A model generated the notes under the pieces. It made no database searches. It saw only the letters and a list, made by a program, of their open reading frames with translations, and had not been told where the DNA came from. DNA of 57,904 bases, from IMG/VR virus record IMGVR_UViG_3300025121_000022. One strand, 5' to 3'. A program made the position numbers and the translations under genes. Shown piece after piece: positions 17,630-31,100 of this stretch. The first letter of the stretch is position 1; each line of letters opens with the position of its first letter. The stretch is from an uncultured virus (IMG/VR IMGVR_UViG_3300025121_000022) (Duplodnaviria; Heunggongvirae; Uroviricota; Caudoviricetes).

Positions 17630-20600
17630 TTATTTCCTTCTCTTGCTAGAATTCATTTGCTGTTCAAGCTCTGCCGCTCTTTGTTCTAAAGCGCTTTCTT
17701 CTTCCACTGTTAATCCAACTAACGTTGAAACTATTTCAGCATCTTCTGCAGTCTGCGCATAGGGGGGAACAAATTCTTCTTCTTGAACCTGTACGTCCCC
17801 AATAGTAGATTGTATTGTACCCTCTTCTATACCCTCTTCGAAAGCAGTAGTAACCTCTTCTTCTCCCGCAACCTCCACGTCACCTATGGTAGATTGTATT
17901 GTACCGTTCTCCAGACCTTCCTCAAACGGAGTAGTAACCTCTTCCTCTTCGTTTTGATTCCCAAAGAATTCTCCAGGAGAAGGACCATAATTTTCAGCAT
18001 CCGCCTGTTGCGGAGTCGTCTCTTCTACAATCGTAGGCAGCGCAGGAGTTAATTCTGGTCTTTCCGTAGGAGGGAAGGAGGGCGGAGGCTGCACAACTGT
18101 TTTTCTTTCCGGCTTTATTAAGAAATATTCGTTAAAAACGCCAAGCTCAAGTCTTTGTTCTCTGGTAAGGCCCAGAATCTCATTCTGATATGGCTTTATT
18201 CTGCAAAGAAGTTCTTTCCCAACTGAATTATTAAAAGACTCTATGGCCAACATCGACCACTTCTCGTGTTTAATAGAAGAGTTGGAATTTTCTGTCTTCT
18301 CAAAGCCCTCAAAAACCTCTATCACGCCGAGCATATTATAGTTCATTCTAAAAAGACTCGAGTCTGGAGAAGAGTAATTCCTCATCGGATTTGCCATGTT
18401 AGAGCTTTTTCCCGCCCAAACCGTCTTAACTCTTTCGGGATTTGTCGAGCCTAAAAACAAGCTCTTTATCTGATTGGGCAAAGTTCTTAAAATCTCAGAA
18501 GTAGAAATATTCTTACTCTCTTCCCAACTTTTCTTGGTCAATGCGGCAGCAGCATAAGGATTCCTTTTTGCCACATTGACAATGTTATCTTGTAGAGTTA
18601 AATCAAAATTCTCAATAGTATTCGCTTTTATTTCCGCCTTGCCTTTCCCAGAAATAATCTTTTTATGATCCGGTCTATCCATAGCTATTGTAGAAGGAGC
18701 CGCCGCCCCATATGCCATGGCCGTCATATCCATTTGATTAATCATCGTATACATTGTCTGATTGGGATTAGATACCAATATTCTATCTTTAACTCCCCTG
18801 GGAAGAGCGCATTTAGTTTCGTCGGCAACAGAAGGATCTATTTTCTCACTTTCTGTGTCTTCGCTCCTATATGTTTGCGTGCTGTCTTTGCTCTCTGGAG
18901 TTGTTTTATTTGTTCTTTCTTCCTGCGAAGGGAAAGAATTCCCAAAAGAAAAAACATCGTTCACCGTAACTCCAGCAACATATAAAATGTCTGCCATTTG
19001 AGCATTATTGTTTGCTGCAGCCTCAGAATCCGAAGCAGCTCCATCGTCAGAAACAACCGTATTTTCTGTCTCGGAAGAGTTTTTATGAACCGTTGTTATT
19101 TCCATGTCAACAATCTGCTGTGCCAAATCGCTTCCCGGATAAAAACTCACAGTAGTTAGGATTTTAGTTGTTCCGGGATTATTTGTCCGGACAACCGAAG
19201 GAGACAAAACCCCATATTTTTTGCTCTCTATAGAATCCCCAGAAGATATAACTTGCCCGTCAACAGTAATGTTTATATCTTCGTTTTCTGTGGCAAAGTA
19301 TTTATGAATCTCTGCCTTAGCTCTCTTTTCATAATCTCCGCTTTTTATTATTCGCAACCCAAGACTTCTGTCTTTTGCCTCTTGTTCTAAGTCCCCCGTG
19401 ATTGAAAGGTAGTCAAATCCTGAAACTTTATCAGTATCTGCGTTAAAAACTCCGTCTTTGAACCATGTTTTTAGTTCAATTTGCTTAAACATAACACCCT
19501 GCGGGTTTGTTCTTGTTCCATCACCTAAAACCACGTCCCCTATGGTGTCAATTTTTGAATATATTTCTCTTGCCAAAGTGGAAATTAAATCCATTACAAA
19601 TCTAATGCTGTCTGGGTTGGCTTTTCTAGGGTGAACGAGGTCAAATAACCCTCTTGAAAGTTCTTTTGCTCTCTCGTCGGTTATAGAAGAAAATCTCTTT
19701 AAAACCACAAGATATTGTGCTATCGACTCAACCCAGGGGGCAGTTTCTTGATGAGTAGAATATCTCCGTATGTTAGAATCCGCAAAATCTTCTGTAAACT
19801 TATTCGAATAAACATCGTAATTACCACGAATGTTTTCTAATGATTCTGCTCTTTCGTCTTCTCTTACAATATGTGGCTCATCAATAGCAAAAAGAAGTCT
19901 GCTTTTGCCCGTAATCTCTGCAACAAGAAGATATTTCTTTAAAGCATTATAAGCACTCTCAAGCTTGTTGTAGTAGTCCTTAAAAATCTCTCTCGATTTA
20001 TCTTCAACTACCATCTCTATTCCATATTGATAAATGCCGTTTGTTTCGTCTTTTATTACCTTATCTGTCCCTGTAAAAAATCTCGCATCGTCAGTTAAGT
20101 CTTCCGACTGGAAAAACAGATTTACTTCTCTCAAAGAGCCGTCTTTGTCATCAACTGCAATAAACTTTTTGAACTCTTGTTCTCCCGACAAAGCTACCGT
20201 TATCTCTTTCGGATCATCTGAAAAAACGATAAATCCTTCTTCCGGAGAATTAATTCTATTGTGAGAAGTAACGGCTTCTACTCGCCTTCTTAAGACTTTC
20301 AAAGAAAGAATTTTAAAGTAGTTCCCAAAGGTCGAAGGGCCGTCAAAAATCTCCTTTTCAAAGAATTTGCCATAAAGAGAGTTGTCCGAAACAAAGTTCC
20401 TATAATCAACTCCAAATAAAAATCTGCAGTTACCAACATAATCTCTAGACGTCTTTAAAGATGTCACATAAGAACATGCAGAAGATACATTAAAGGTCGA
20501 AGCCCCACGATCAAACTTAAGAACCTCTTGATTCAAGATGTTTGTAACATCCGAAGTGTCCGTTTCAGATTTGTATATCTTTTCGGAGATTCTAAAGTCT

Positions 20601-21163
20601 TGCGTTTTTTTAGAAACGATAATAGAGTCTTTTATTATTTTCTCTTCTAAAAAATTTTTCCTCAATTCTGGATCAAGTCCTAGTCTAAACCCAAAGTCTT
20701 CCGAAAAAGCCTGGTCATTAAACATAGGAACAACCAAGATACTAAGATCTTTTATATCCCTCTCGGTATTCTCAAATTCTACATCATAGATCAACTTTAT
20801 TACTTCATTCCCATCAGAATCTACACTGTAGGCTGAAAAGTCTTTGGTGCCTTGAGCCAAAGAGAGAGTTTTGTTTTTATCTCTTGCCCCAAGTCTTTGC
20901 TGAACAACAACACTAAGATATTTTTTAAAGTCCTGCCCATCAAAAATCTGCGACATTACTTCGTCTAGAACTTCCGTAAGAGACAGAACCACCCTAACCC
21001 TCAAAACACCCTCAGAATTACTTATCAGTCCTTCTCCGCCAACTACAATGTGCGGTTCTTCAATGAAATTACTTGCACTTCTTCTATCGGAAAGTTCTAT
21101 AGTCTCTATTACTATCTTGGGAATAAGGTTGTTAATTAGAGCATTACTTTCAAAAAAAGACAT
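17630..21163 (-). CDS. large putative structural protein with acidic repetitive C-terminal tail
   Basis: 1177-aa ORF in the structural operon. Confidence 0.55.
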   Translation of the reverse strand: MSFFESNALINNLIPKIVIETIELSDRRSASNFIEEPHIVVGGEGLISNSEGVLRVRVVLSLTEVLDEVMSQIFDGQDFKKYLSVVVQQRLGARDKNKTLSLAQGTKDFSAYSVDSDGNEVIKLIYDVEFENTERDIKDLSILVVPMFNDQAFSEDFGFRLGLDPELRKNFLEEKIIKDSIIVSKKTQDFRISEKIYKSETDTSDVTNILNQEVLKFDRGASTFNVSSACSYVTSLKTSRDYVGNCRFLFGVDYRNFVSDNSLYGKFFEKEIFDGPSTFGNYFKILSLKVLRRRVEAVTSHNRINSPEEGFIVFSDDPKEITVALSGEQEFKKFIAVDDKDGSLREVNLFFQSEDLTDDARFFTGTDKVIKDETNGIYQYGIEMVVEDKSREIFKDYYNKLESAYNALKKYLLVAEITGKSRLLFAIDEPHIVREDERAESLENIRGNYDVYSNKFTEDFADSNIRRYSTHQETAPWVESIAQYLVVLKRFSSITDERAKELSRGLFDLVHPRKANPDSIRFVMDLISTLAREIYSKIDTIGDVVLGDGTRTNPQGVMFKQIELKTWFKDGVFNADTDKVSGFDYLSITGDLEQEAKDRSLGLRIIKSGDYEKRAKAEIHKYFATENEDINITVDGQVISSGDSIESKKYGVLSPSVVRTNNPGTTKILTTVSFYPGSDLAQQIVDMEITTVHKNSSETENTVVSDDGAASDSEAAANNNAQMADILYVAGVTVNDVFSFGNSFPSQEERTNKTTPESKDSTQTYRSEDTESEKIDPSVADETKCALPRGVKDRILVSNPNQTMYTMINQMDMTAMAYGAAAPSTIAMDRPDHKKIISGKGKAEIKANTIENFDLTLQDNIVNVAKRNPYAAAALTKKSWEESKNISTSEILRTLPNQIKSLFLGSTNPERVKTVWAGKSSNMANPMRNYSSPDSSLFRMNYNMLGVIEVFEGFEKTENSNSSIKHEKWSMLAIESFNNSVGKELLCRIKPYQNEILGLTREQRLELGVFNEYFLIKPERKTVVQPPPSFPPTERPELTPALPTIVEETTPQQADAENYGPSPGEFFGNQNEEEEVTTPFEEGLENGTIQSTIGDVEVAGEEEVTTAFEEGIEEGTIQSTIGDVQVQEEEFVPPYAQTAEDAEIVSTLVGLTVEEESALEQRAAELEQQMNSSKRRK
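17787..17950. repeat. imperfect 84-bp (28-aa) tandem duplication
   Basis: EEEVTT(P/A)FEEG..E/NGTIQSTIGDV occurs twice; AGATTGTATTGTACC at 17807 and 17891. Confidence 0.85.
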
Positions 21164-21166
21164 TCT

Positions 21167-22144
21167 TTAGTCCTCTGGGCATATTTTCCCAATCTTTCCT
21201 TTGTAATTACGCAACTTCTCGGTTTTTTGCGGACTTGTCTTAACTTCTTCTATCTCTTTATCCACAAAAACATCAAAATAATACTCCACAAAAGATGAGT
21301 CTATTTTTATATCTTCACATGAAACTTCTTGCTCGTCCAACAAGATCCCATCGACAAATCTTTCTTGTTTTTTAGCGAAACTAAGAGGAACCAACACGTC
21401 CTTACCACTAGTACCTGACTCAACTATATAAACTTCCAAATCAAAATTCTCTTTTTCATCTCTTACGTTTTCTTCCATAATGTCAGTTAGAAAACAATCC
21501 CCAATTATTTCTATAAAAGAACCATCATCAAACTGATTGTCAAACATTTTTATTTTTGACATATCGTCAGAATATACAACCTCTCCTTGACTCGGTCTAG
21601 AAACACCCTCTTCCATTGAAGGAGGATTTCCCTTTCTGATAACAATATCATAATTATAATCTTTAGTTGTAAGCTGAGGTATTTTTACCAAAGAAGAATA
21701 AGAAGAAGAAAAATACGATACTGAACCAGTAAATTCCCCTCCTGTCATAACAATGTTCCACGCAGGCGAATACTCTCTGGTTCTATCTGAAGACCCTATG
21801 GGAAGAGCCATGAAATAATTCTTGTCTTCCGACAAAACAATCGGCCTATCAGAAAAAGTCTGTCCTTGGCTTTCAGACCGTATCTGTTCTGCCTTTCTAG
21901 AGATTTGTGTCTCTCTCCCAGAAAAAATCGTTTGCACCTCTAGCCGTTCGATGCCCTCTAAAATCCTGTCCTGTATTGCATTCTGTGTTTCGTCTGCCGA
22001 AGAAGCGTAATCTTCATCATATATGATATCGTCATCATAAAAATCATATCCAATGGGACGAAATTCACCTCTCGCAAGAGCTGATTTACCGTAAGGAGTA
22101 AGTTTAAAATCAATTACTCTTTCTTTTTTTTCTAAGAATTTCAT
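21167..22144 (-). CDS. virion structural (baseplate-associated) protein
   Basis: DFKLTPYGKSALARG...FYDDDIIYD resembles the N-terminus of 14443..15333. Confidence 0.6.
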   Translation of the reverse strand: MKFLEKKERVIDFKLTPYGKSALARGEFRPIGYDFYDDDIIYDEDYASSADETQNAIQDRILEGIERLEVQTIFSGRETQISRKAEQIRSESQGQTFSDRPIVLSEDKNYFMALPIGSSDRTREYSPAWNIVMTGGEFTGSVSYFSSSYSSLVKIPQLTTKDYNYDIVIRKGNPPSMEEGVSRPSQGEVVYSDDMSKIKMFDNQFDDGSFIEIIGDCFLTDIMEENVRDEKENFDLEVYIVESGTSGKDVLVPLSFAKKQERFVDGILLDEQEVSCEDIKIDSSFVEYYFDVFVDKEIEEVKTSPQKTEKLRNYKGKIGKICPED

Positions 22145-25100
22145 CTCCTTCTCTTATCTCCTAAGTTTTCGAACATACCAACCGTCGGCGGACCTTCTTG
22201 TTCTTCCGAAGAGGCAACAACGATATTCTGCGGAGGATTGTCCATTTCCTTTTTCTTCCCACCATCAGAATCCGTCTCTGCTCCAGCCATGCTATCTGCT
22301 CTAGGAACATTTATTCCTTCAGCCTGAATTTGCTCGATAGAAGGACGAATAATTAAGTCTGCTTCTATTTCTCCCAACTCTACCAAGGAACAGAAGTCAT
22401 ACGGCCAGTTATAAGAATATTCCGGTTCCTTACGACCAACTTGGAAATCAAAAATAAATCTGTCGTCATCTTTATTGTTTTCTGTTACTTTAAAGTAGTT
22501 CTTCTCTGCCTTTTGTTTTACTTTAAACACCATCCACCGTGTATTTTCAGGAATTCCCTCTTCATTAAAGAACTCATATTCGTCAAACGGATGAGAAATA
22601 GAGGTTTCTACTTTTTCTGCTCTTCTAGAAGATTCCGGCATCAAACCCTGCCAGATCAAAGCCAAGTCATCTTTTGTAAACGTATGCTCAATTTCAAAAA
22701 TATACATTGCAAACGGTTCCATATCAGAGTATGTACCAAAGTCAAATTCAGGTGGAATAATATAGTTCTTCATCTTTTCCACCATTCTGGTAATGCTAGT
22801 TGTCTTTCTTTGCTTCATTGACTCTTCAACAACCATTCTACCTTCAGAAACCCTTCTCCTCTGCTCCTCAAGCTTCTGACGAGAAATCTTAAAGAAGTTC
22901 CTTCCAGCAATCTCGGTCGTTACCGGCTCTTGTGTCCTTTGCTCGTCAAGGAACGGTATTGCAACAACAGCTTCTTTAAACTTCTTAAACGAAGCAACTT
23001 CGCCAACCCTCTTCTTAGACGGAGTAAAACCACAAACGTCTAGCAAAGAACCTACAGTAATATCAGAGGTGCTGTTAGCAAAAGATATTTGATACTCTGG
23101 TACAACCTTTGTCGTCTGCCCTATCCCTCGAATACTATCTTCTATCTTTAAGTAAAGACCAGCAGAGCCTGTCGGTATTTGTCCATAACTAGACCACACA
23201 GAAGAACCCTGGCTGCTGTTTGACGACGTTACATGCAGAACGGGACACTCGTATCTTGTAGAAATAACCCATCTATCAAAAGAGGTAGAATCAGAATCTT
23301 CTGTTGTCCTAGCCCCAGTTTCTTGTCCCACAGAATAAGTTGTTACCTTTTCTCTTGTCTTCCCAAAAATGTCCACAGAAGACACAAACGGCATTGAACC
23401 AGAATATGCTGCGGAATCTTTATACAAAGAGTAAATCTGATACCAAAGAGAATCAACTATAGCTGTGCTATACGTATAGAAATTATCTCTTAGAAGATTT
23501 TCTACTGTTAACCCATCAAAATTGTCATAATCACTACCAGAAATAATCATTTCTGGTTTTAAGTTCTCCAGATAGGCAGCACTGCCGGCCAAGTTGGTTC
23601 CGGAAATCCTGTACCCAAACTTTTGATTATTGGAATAATCTCTAACATATAACTCACCAGAAGATGTATTTACATATGTAGTTGTAACATCTACCGGCAA
23701 TAAATTAATTGCCCTAAAGAAAGCTTGTGCTGACATCGACCTTCTGCTAGCGCTTCCGGAATCTATAATAATTTCTCCATCTACCGATGTCGAACCCGTA
23801 AATCTTTGAACAGCAATCTCGTTCCCGCTTACATCATAAGCGGCAAAAAAACCATCCGCATTAATAAACGGAGTGTAATCTCCTATACTAGTAAAAACCG
23901 TACCGCTAGTAAACAGCTTTGTATTAACAAAATTAAGAATAACATCTTTATATGTTCTTAAATCTCTATGAATTCCTCTAAAAAGCTCTTCTTTTTCTCT
24001 ATCGTAACTTTCGACTTGTAATCCTGCTAAAATCTCATCTAAAGTATATTTCTTTGTATCGTCTGCCAAGAAAGAGACTCTGCAAATAGAGTCTCCGTAA
24101 TAATACGGAGGAGTAAATTGAATAAAGGATGGATCTTTTTTCATCAAATCATTCGTTAAACTTGCGCTGGCAAAATCAGAAGAAGATACTTCTGTCAAAT
24201 TATAAATCAGTGAAGGAGGACCAAAGTATCTTCCTTGGTAATTATCATCAGAGCTTCTTACCATATCTATTCCATCTTTTGCCAGAATCAAATCCATATA
24301 ATACGTAGTTCCAGACTGCATCGTCTTAAATTCAGACTCTTTTTTAGAAACAAAAGATGTAAATTTCTCGTCTTTCAGGAAGAACCTCGAAGACTCAGCA
24401 AAAAAGTTATTAGAAGCTAAACTATAATCTGTTTTATTTTCTCCATCCCAAGAAATAAATGGATATGCAGAACCAACATATTCCCCAGAATAAATAAAAA
24501 TTTTGTCCGCTCCATGTGCACCAGCAAAAAGCTGGCTACCTGAAACAGCAACCTTTGAGCCCACAACGTCATTAGCAGCAAACCCATCAGAAATTTTTTC
24601 CCGAAAATAATAATAACCATTTTCCTTTTCATAAAGATAAACACCCCCCGCATTGCTTGCCGCATCGTCAAGCCCAGTAGCCCCTACAATCATTAACCCG
24701 TCACAAAAATCTACTGAAGCCCCGAAGAGATCACCTGTTCCAGATTCCCCAGAAACGATTTTTTGTTTTTCAATCCACCCTCTTAAATAATCTAATTCAT
24801 AAAGATAAACAGAACCCGCTTGCTGACCATCTTCATAAGTATAATAACTTCCAACCGCCAATTGGCTACCATACCCATCAACCGAAGTTTTTGTTCCAGA
24901 AATTGCCACAGAAACGCCAAAATAATCATCTGCTCCCCCATCGCTGGCGGATATCGCTTGCAGCAAAGACCAAGGGTCTACCCCGTTGGTTTTATAAATA
25001 TAAATTTTCCCAATTGTTGGTGTACCCGCACCGCCATATTCCGAAACAAAAGCCCAGGTTCCACTTACTAAAACTTTCCCGCCATAGGCCCCGTCGTCGG

Positions 25101-28100
25101 GCTCCACAGAAGAAGAAAACTCTGCTACCTCTACATAACCACTTGACCCACTTTGTAAAATATAAGCCCTCCCCTCTAAAGTATCCCCACCACCATATAT
25201 GTTTGCTCCTACCGCCAAAGTAGTACCATCAAAACTTAGCGCTCTCCCAAAAACACCAGAACCAGTAAAATCAGAAGCTGTTATTTCTTGAACACACTGC
25301 CAGATGTTGGTCTGCTTCTTAAAATACAAAACACGTCCTGCCCCTGTCTCCCCGGATATATCCGAAGCATAAGAACCCACAAAAGCCTCGTCTCCGTAAA
25401 TTGCAACAGCAGAACCATACTTATCTCCCGACACAATGGTCCCCGTAGGAATAAGATCGGAATGTTTTGTCCAAGTACCAGAAGTGTAATTGAACACCTG
25501 TACGCTTCCAGTAGGATCTGTAGTATCTCTAAATGTACCAACAACAAACTGCGAATTGTCTCTATCTAGTTTCATATCATAAGAAAACAAAGAACTCGCT
25601 GTACCTGTAATCTCTTGCTCTAACTTTGCAACTAAAGTTTCTTCATAATCCGGACTCAGCAAATACATTCTTCCTTCTCTGCTGCTGTTATTGCTGCTCG
25701 AAAGAGGAAGAGCATAAGAAGGATCAATAATCGACTCAAACGGCATCCGATAACCAGAATAATTTTTAATCGTTCCTGAATAGTAGTTCACACTAAAATC
25801 GTCTTCATCTCCAGTCGTACCTGTCATAATCGGCCAATCGACAGCAATGCCAGATTTGACTGTATTGTAGAAGATTCCGGGAGCATAAAACGGCTGAATT
25901 AGGCTCTGAATTGCTGACTCTTTATTTGACTTGTTTGTGTCCCAAGAAATATATGGTGCATACGATTGAGAAAGTAAATTACCAAGCTGTACAGACCTCT
26001 GAACAGGATAAAAACCGTTATAAGGAAGTAGTTTTTTTATCCCTCGGAAAGTCATCGAGAACTCGCGAACTTTATCTTTTTGCTTCTTGTGATCGTCGTA
26101 AACCTCATTGAATGCTTTCATCATATCTGAGTGCGAATAAATCTTATAGAACTCTTCATTTGCTGTCGTTCTAGAAGAATTATACATACTAGAAGAAACA
26201 TTAGTACCAACTGCCGTTAAAATACCTCTGTTTTTCTTTCTGAAATCCCCACCAGCTTCATTAATATACCACCCCATGTGCTCTGAGATTCTAAATTCTG
26301 GTAAAATAGTATATCTTGCGCCCATTGGCCTAATTTCATCAGAATATTTGTCATAAGAATTATAAAACGGATTAATCCCAGACTCTGAGTTCGCAGTATA
26401 GTTTGTTCCACTTTCTTTTAGAGTAGAACCAGATAAATACACATCGTAACAGAACTGAAGAGACGGAATCCCCGTTCTACCATAAGCAATTAAATCTTTT
26501 GTTCTTGTCTCGCCCATAGAAGCAAGCTCGCCATAAGGAGAACTTCCAGAACCATCTTCCAGAGCCCAAACAGAACCAATCCCCATGTTGAACCCAAGAG
26601 AATTTACAAAATTGCTCTGCGTTCTGTCGTCCTCTGTGTCTTTCCAGAAAGTAATTCTATCGCTTCCTTTAATTCCAGAAGAAGTAGAGTCATCGTAATA
26701 GTTTCTCGCATGAATCATATCAAATCCGACATTTTCATGCTTCGGATAAATGATCTCTGGCGAATAAATGGAAACAAATTTATGTTCACCCAACTTATAA
26801 AGATTCAAACAAGTTTCATAGATTGGTATAGAACATTCCCCAACGTTCAATCTATTAGCAAGTTTCTGATTCGCAAAATGTTCCTTTAGGTTTCTATATG
26901 GATATGTAAAAGACACAATATTTTTATTTATATCTTCGACAATATGAGTTATTGGCTTATTCCAAGTTACAACCGGCTCATAATAATTCGTAAAAGAATC
27001 TGCCCTATTGTCAAAAAAATGTTTTTCTCTACCCTGGGAGTCAACAAAAATTCTTTCTTTAGAAGGATCTTCAACAGAATAGATGTTTTCTTTTCTTAAA
27101 GCCCTTGCAACAGGACCCTCTCCTGCTCGTATCTGTTCCCAAGATGCCCACTGATAAGGACTCCAAGAACCCGTCTGCCACGATGCATTATGAGTTAAAG
27201 TATTTGTAGTTGTACTAATTTCGTTTTCTTTTGTCCTAACGTTTAAAGAAGCCGTTCCAACCCAATTTACAAGATTAGTCGTTCCACTAACTTCTTGGAA
27301 CTCCAGCACCATACTACCTGTTGTGGGTTGCGTTGTCGAACCAGAAATCCACGAATATCCATAAATACTTCTGGGAATTTGGTGAGAAACAAATCCGTTA
27401 TCGTATCGCTCTTGCAGAATTTCTGTCGGATTCACAACTACCGTTCTAAGCGGATTACAGTTCGTCTTGTGAACATTCGCAACTCCAGTAGTAGAAAGAC
27501 CCCCAGAAACCATGTGAAGCTGAAGGCTTGTATCATATTCTTGTCTTACTTCAAGATTTCTAAAGGGTTGCGCATTGTGAGTAGAAAGCTCTTCTGCAAC
27601 TGGATCTAACCAAATCTTGGTTAAGGTTTTCTTTTCCCCAGGAGAAGAAAATAGAGTTCTAAAACAATACTTATCGACTCCTTTAAAGGGAGCAAAGTTG
27701 TTAGGGCTTTCGCCAGAAAGGTAAGAAGACGTCCAAGAAGAATACACTGGTATCGAAGAACTTCCTGAAACATCAACAGAAACATTATGAAGTATGAATT
27801 GGTCAAGCCTTAATGCTGTGCCCGTAACAGAATAGTCTTCACTTGCTTGAGCGTAATAAATTTTAACATAATTAGAATCCGCTAACCCAACATTTCTCGT
27901 CGCTGTAAAAGCATATCTACAATCATAAAAAGCATTTCCAAGCTCCGTAATCGAACTTGTGACCACAGCAACAGAAGAACTTCCAATCGCACCAGAGCCA
28001 GAAGTTAAATCGAAATAGCAATAAGGAATATCCCATGCAATTTCCCCATAATCATAAAAACTATAAATCCATGGATAAGAAGAAGAGTCGGCTGTTCTAG

Positions 28101-31100
28101 CAATTATTCTTACCCACAAAACACTCCCGCTATTAAACCAAAAATCTCCTGGATATGCCATTCCATGTGTTGTAAGCGCTACACCATCCGCTGAAAACCC
28201 CGTACTCGAACTAACTTCACCGTTTGGACCTTCATATTCATCCGGATAATAACTAAGGTTTTGATATGCGCAAGAAGAAAAATCACTGCTGCTAACAGCA
28301 ACCACACTGCTTGTAACTATGTCATAATGGTCAACAACCGTCCCTGATGTATATATCTCTGCCGGAACCATTCCCAAATCAGAAACAAAATAACCCCCAT
28401 TGTGTGCACCAGAAGCTACCATATCTGGTCTTTGGTTATATCTTCCAGAGACATTAACTATTTCATAGTCGTGAGAATAATTCCCAATAATATTCTTTCT
28501 ATCTGGCTCATGTCCAGTAGCAATGCTGCTACTATACCCCGAAGGGACGGTATAAAACTGATGAGTAGAGGAACTTACCTTTATATTTTCTATAGAGGTA
28601 AAAGGAGAGCTGTTTAAAGAGCCAGTTAAAGTTTTAATATAGGTGCTCGACGGTTCAGTTACAACAGAAAAGTGCCTCTTCGCAAAAGTAGAACCAGAAA
28701 CATTAGAAAACATAGTATATTTCAACTGTGTTTTATTCGAATTTACGCTGGGGTCCCCAGAAGCTATCTCAGAAAAGCCTCCTTCCGCTCTCTGCTTTTT
28801 CCAACGCCACATATCAGCAGTACCATCTAAATCAGTAACTACAGAATGTGTTGAATTACCCCAGGTCAGTCCTTGATCAGCGGAAGAGCTTATCTGTACA
28901 CTTTCGGCACCAGCAGACCCAGACGCATTACAGATATAAAATATATCATTTTCATCCACGAATGCCCACGGATTAGTAATCCATTCTGAGTTTACGCTAC
29001 AGTTATATGTGTCATAACGAATAAGAGTCAAATCGGTACTCTCTCTACTCATTAAATATACCATGTTAGTATATCCGTAAGTAGTGCCCTGGTTTACCCC
29101 ATAAACAAGCATCTTACTTCTATCTTTATTTGCCGCAAGAGTCCAGAATAACCTTACCCCAATTCCGTACGGGATATATCCAGTTTCATTAACATAGCCG
29201 AAAGAATTGCCGTCTAGTGAAGATGTATAAAAATAAAAATTAGCTCCCCAATCCTGGGCGCCCTTGTCCATAACAAAAGCCATTTTATTATCACTAAAGT
29301 AATCAACAGCACGAAGACCAGCATTCTGGTCTAAACTACTTGGCCCAGTGCATGTCGTCGCTGGGACAAGCGTAACAGGATTAGTATATCTTACATCAAC
29401 TGTAGTTTCGGTGGCTATTGCAAATAAATAAAGTCTGTTTAGTCCAGCATGATGAAAAAGGAGATAAGCTGCATTGTTAGGAGAAAGCCCAGATTCTCTA
29501 GAGTCCACAACCTCTCCCCAAGTATATCCATTCGAAGATGTATAAAAAGAAGATGTCGCTGCATTATAAGTTTTTGTCACAAACGCATCTATCGTAGATA
29601 AGTAAATTGGGGGGCTCTTCTTTTGAGAACCAAAAGTCTCGGGACTTTTCACCCAGCCAGAACCAGAGTTTACATAATATGTTGCCCCAGCCGTATATAT
29701 ATCGTCTCCCGTTGAAGATGCCGTAGAAACCGCCAAAAAAATGTTCTGCGTTGCGTGTGAAACAAATCCTCTCATTAAAAATGTTTCTTCTGTTGCCCCC
29801 GTTACCCAATTGTTACCATTTAAATAAATTCTTTTTATCTTGTCGAGGTCTGAGGTCGTGTTATGATATAAATAGCCGTGGATTCCACTGCCACTAATTT
29901 CCGGTACGTATCCTTTTGTTAAATAAACCGCCTCATAAGGCATTTTCTCTGTAGCTGGATAAAGTGTTGAGACTGTATTAAAAAGCGGCGGACGATTTGC
30001 ATGGGTTTCTCCCCAATTATACAAAAGTTCGTTCACACCATAGGCGTGTGCTTCGGGTTCTTCTGTCTTAAACTCCATTGTCGGATACGGAGTTTGATAC
30101 TTGTTTCTCTCCAGAACGTGGCTTTCAACAACCGTTCTCATTTCCTCTGAAAAATCAGCAGTTGCCGGGATTAACTGTTGCACCATCTGGCCAATAGAAG
30201 AATCAATCCATTTGTAATAGTTAAGATATTTTTCTACGCTTGGAGTATTCCCAATACGCTCAAAGAAAATCTTTCTTAACTTTGCTAAAGACTTATATTC
30301 TTCTCTGTATCTGTTAACAGGCTCTCCAATGAGGTTGTTAAAGTCTACAACTCCAGCAAAAAATTTTAATATCTCTTCGGAAACGTTTTGATAAATACTC
30401 TTTTCCAAAGCCCAAAAATACTTTACAGGTCTTGAATCTCTTGTAAAATATTCATCATCATTTGAAAGAATACTAACCATATCCCCGCTTGAAAGAGATT
30501 CCGGTAGCTGTTGCCTACCCGCTAAAATGTGTTCTCTAACTTGCGGAGTTGTTCCAGAAGTAAAAAAGATTGCAATACCAGGATAATGTCTTTCGACAAC
30601 GTTATCAACACTCCCATTATGAAGATAGACATAGCTTCCAGAAGAATAATCTGTTACGTTAATGCCGTAGTATGAAATCCCGCCATAGGTAAGCGCCGAA
30701 AGACTACCCGTTCCAAACTCCCAATTTAATGCCAAAGCCTGGGATTCTTGGAGATTGCTTTCTTTTTCCATCTCTCTCGAAGGATTCAAAACTCCATAAT
30801 TAAACGGATCCCTAGCGTGAGCGTCAATCTCTTCTGTCTGTAGCTTTTTTTGAAAATATCTTATGTTGGCAAATTTTACATCAGAGTATTGTTCTATACT
30901 TCCAGTAAAGTTTGTTCTTGCTGCGCCGGCATAAATTCGTCTGCTTGTTTGTAAAGAAGACGTTGCTAACACTTGACTAATACTTGCCGACACGTTAAAA
31001 CTATTCTGTTTTATGTCTCCGCAATAATTTACACCATAAAAATCTAGCCAATATGTAGTCGAAGTTATATTCGAGGCATCTTGAGAATTTGGATAAAGTC

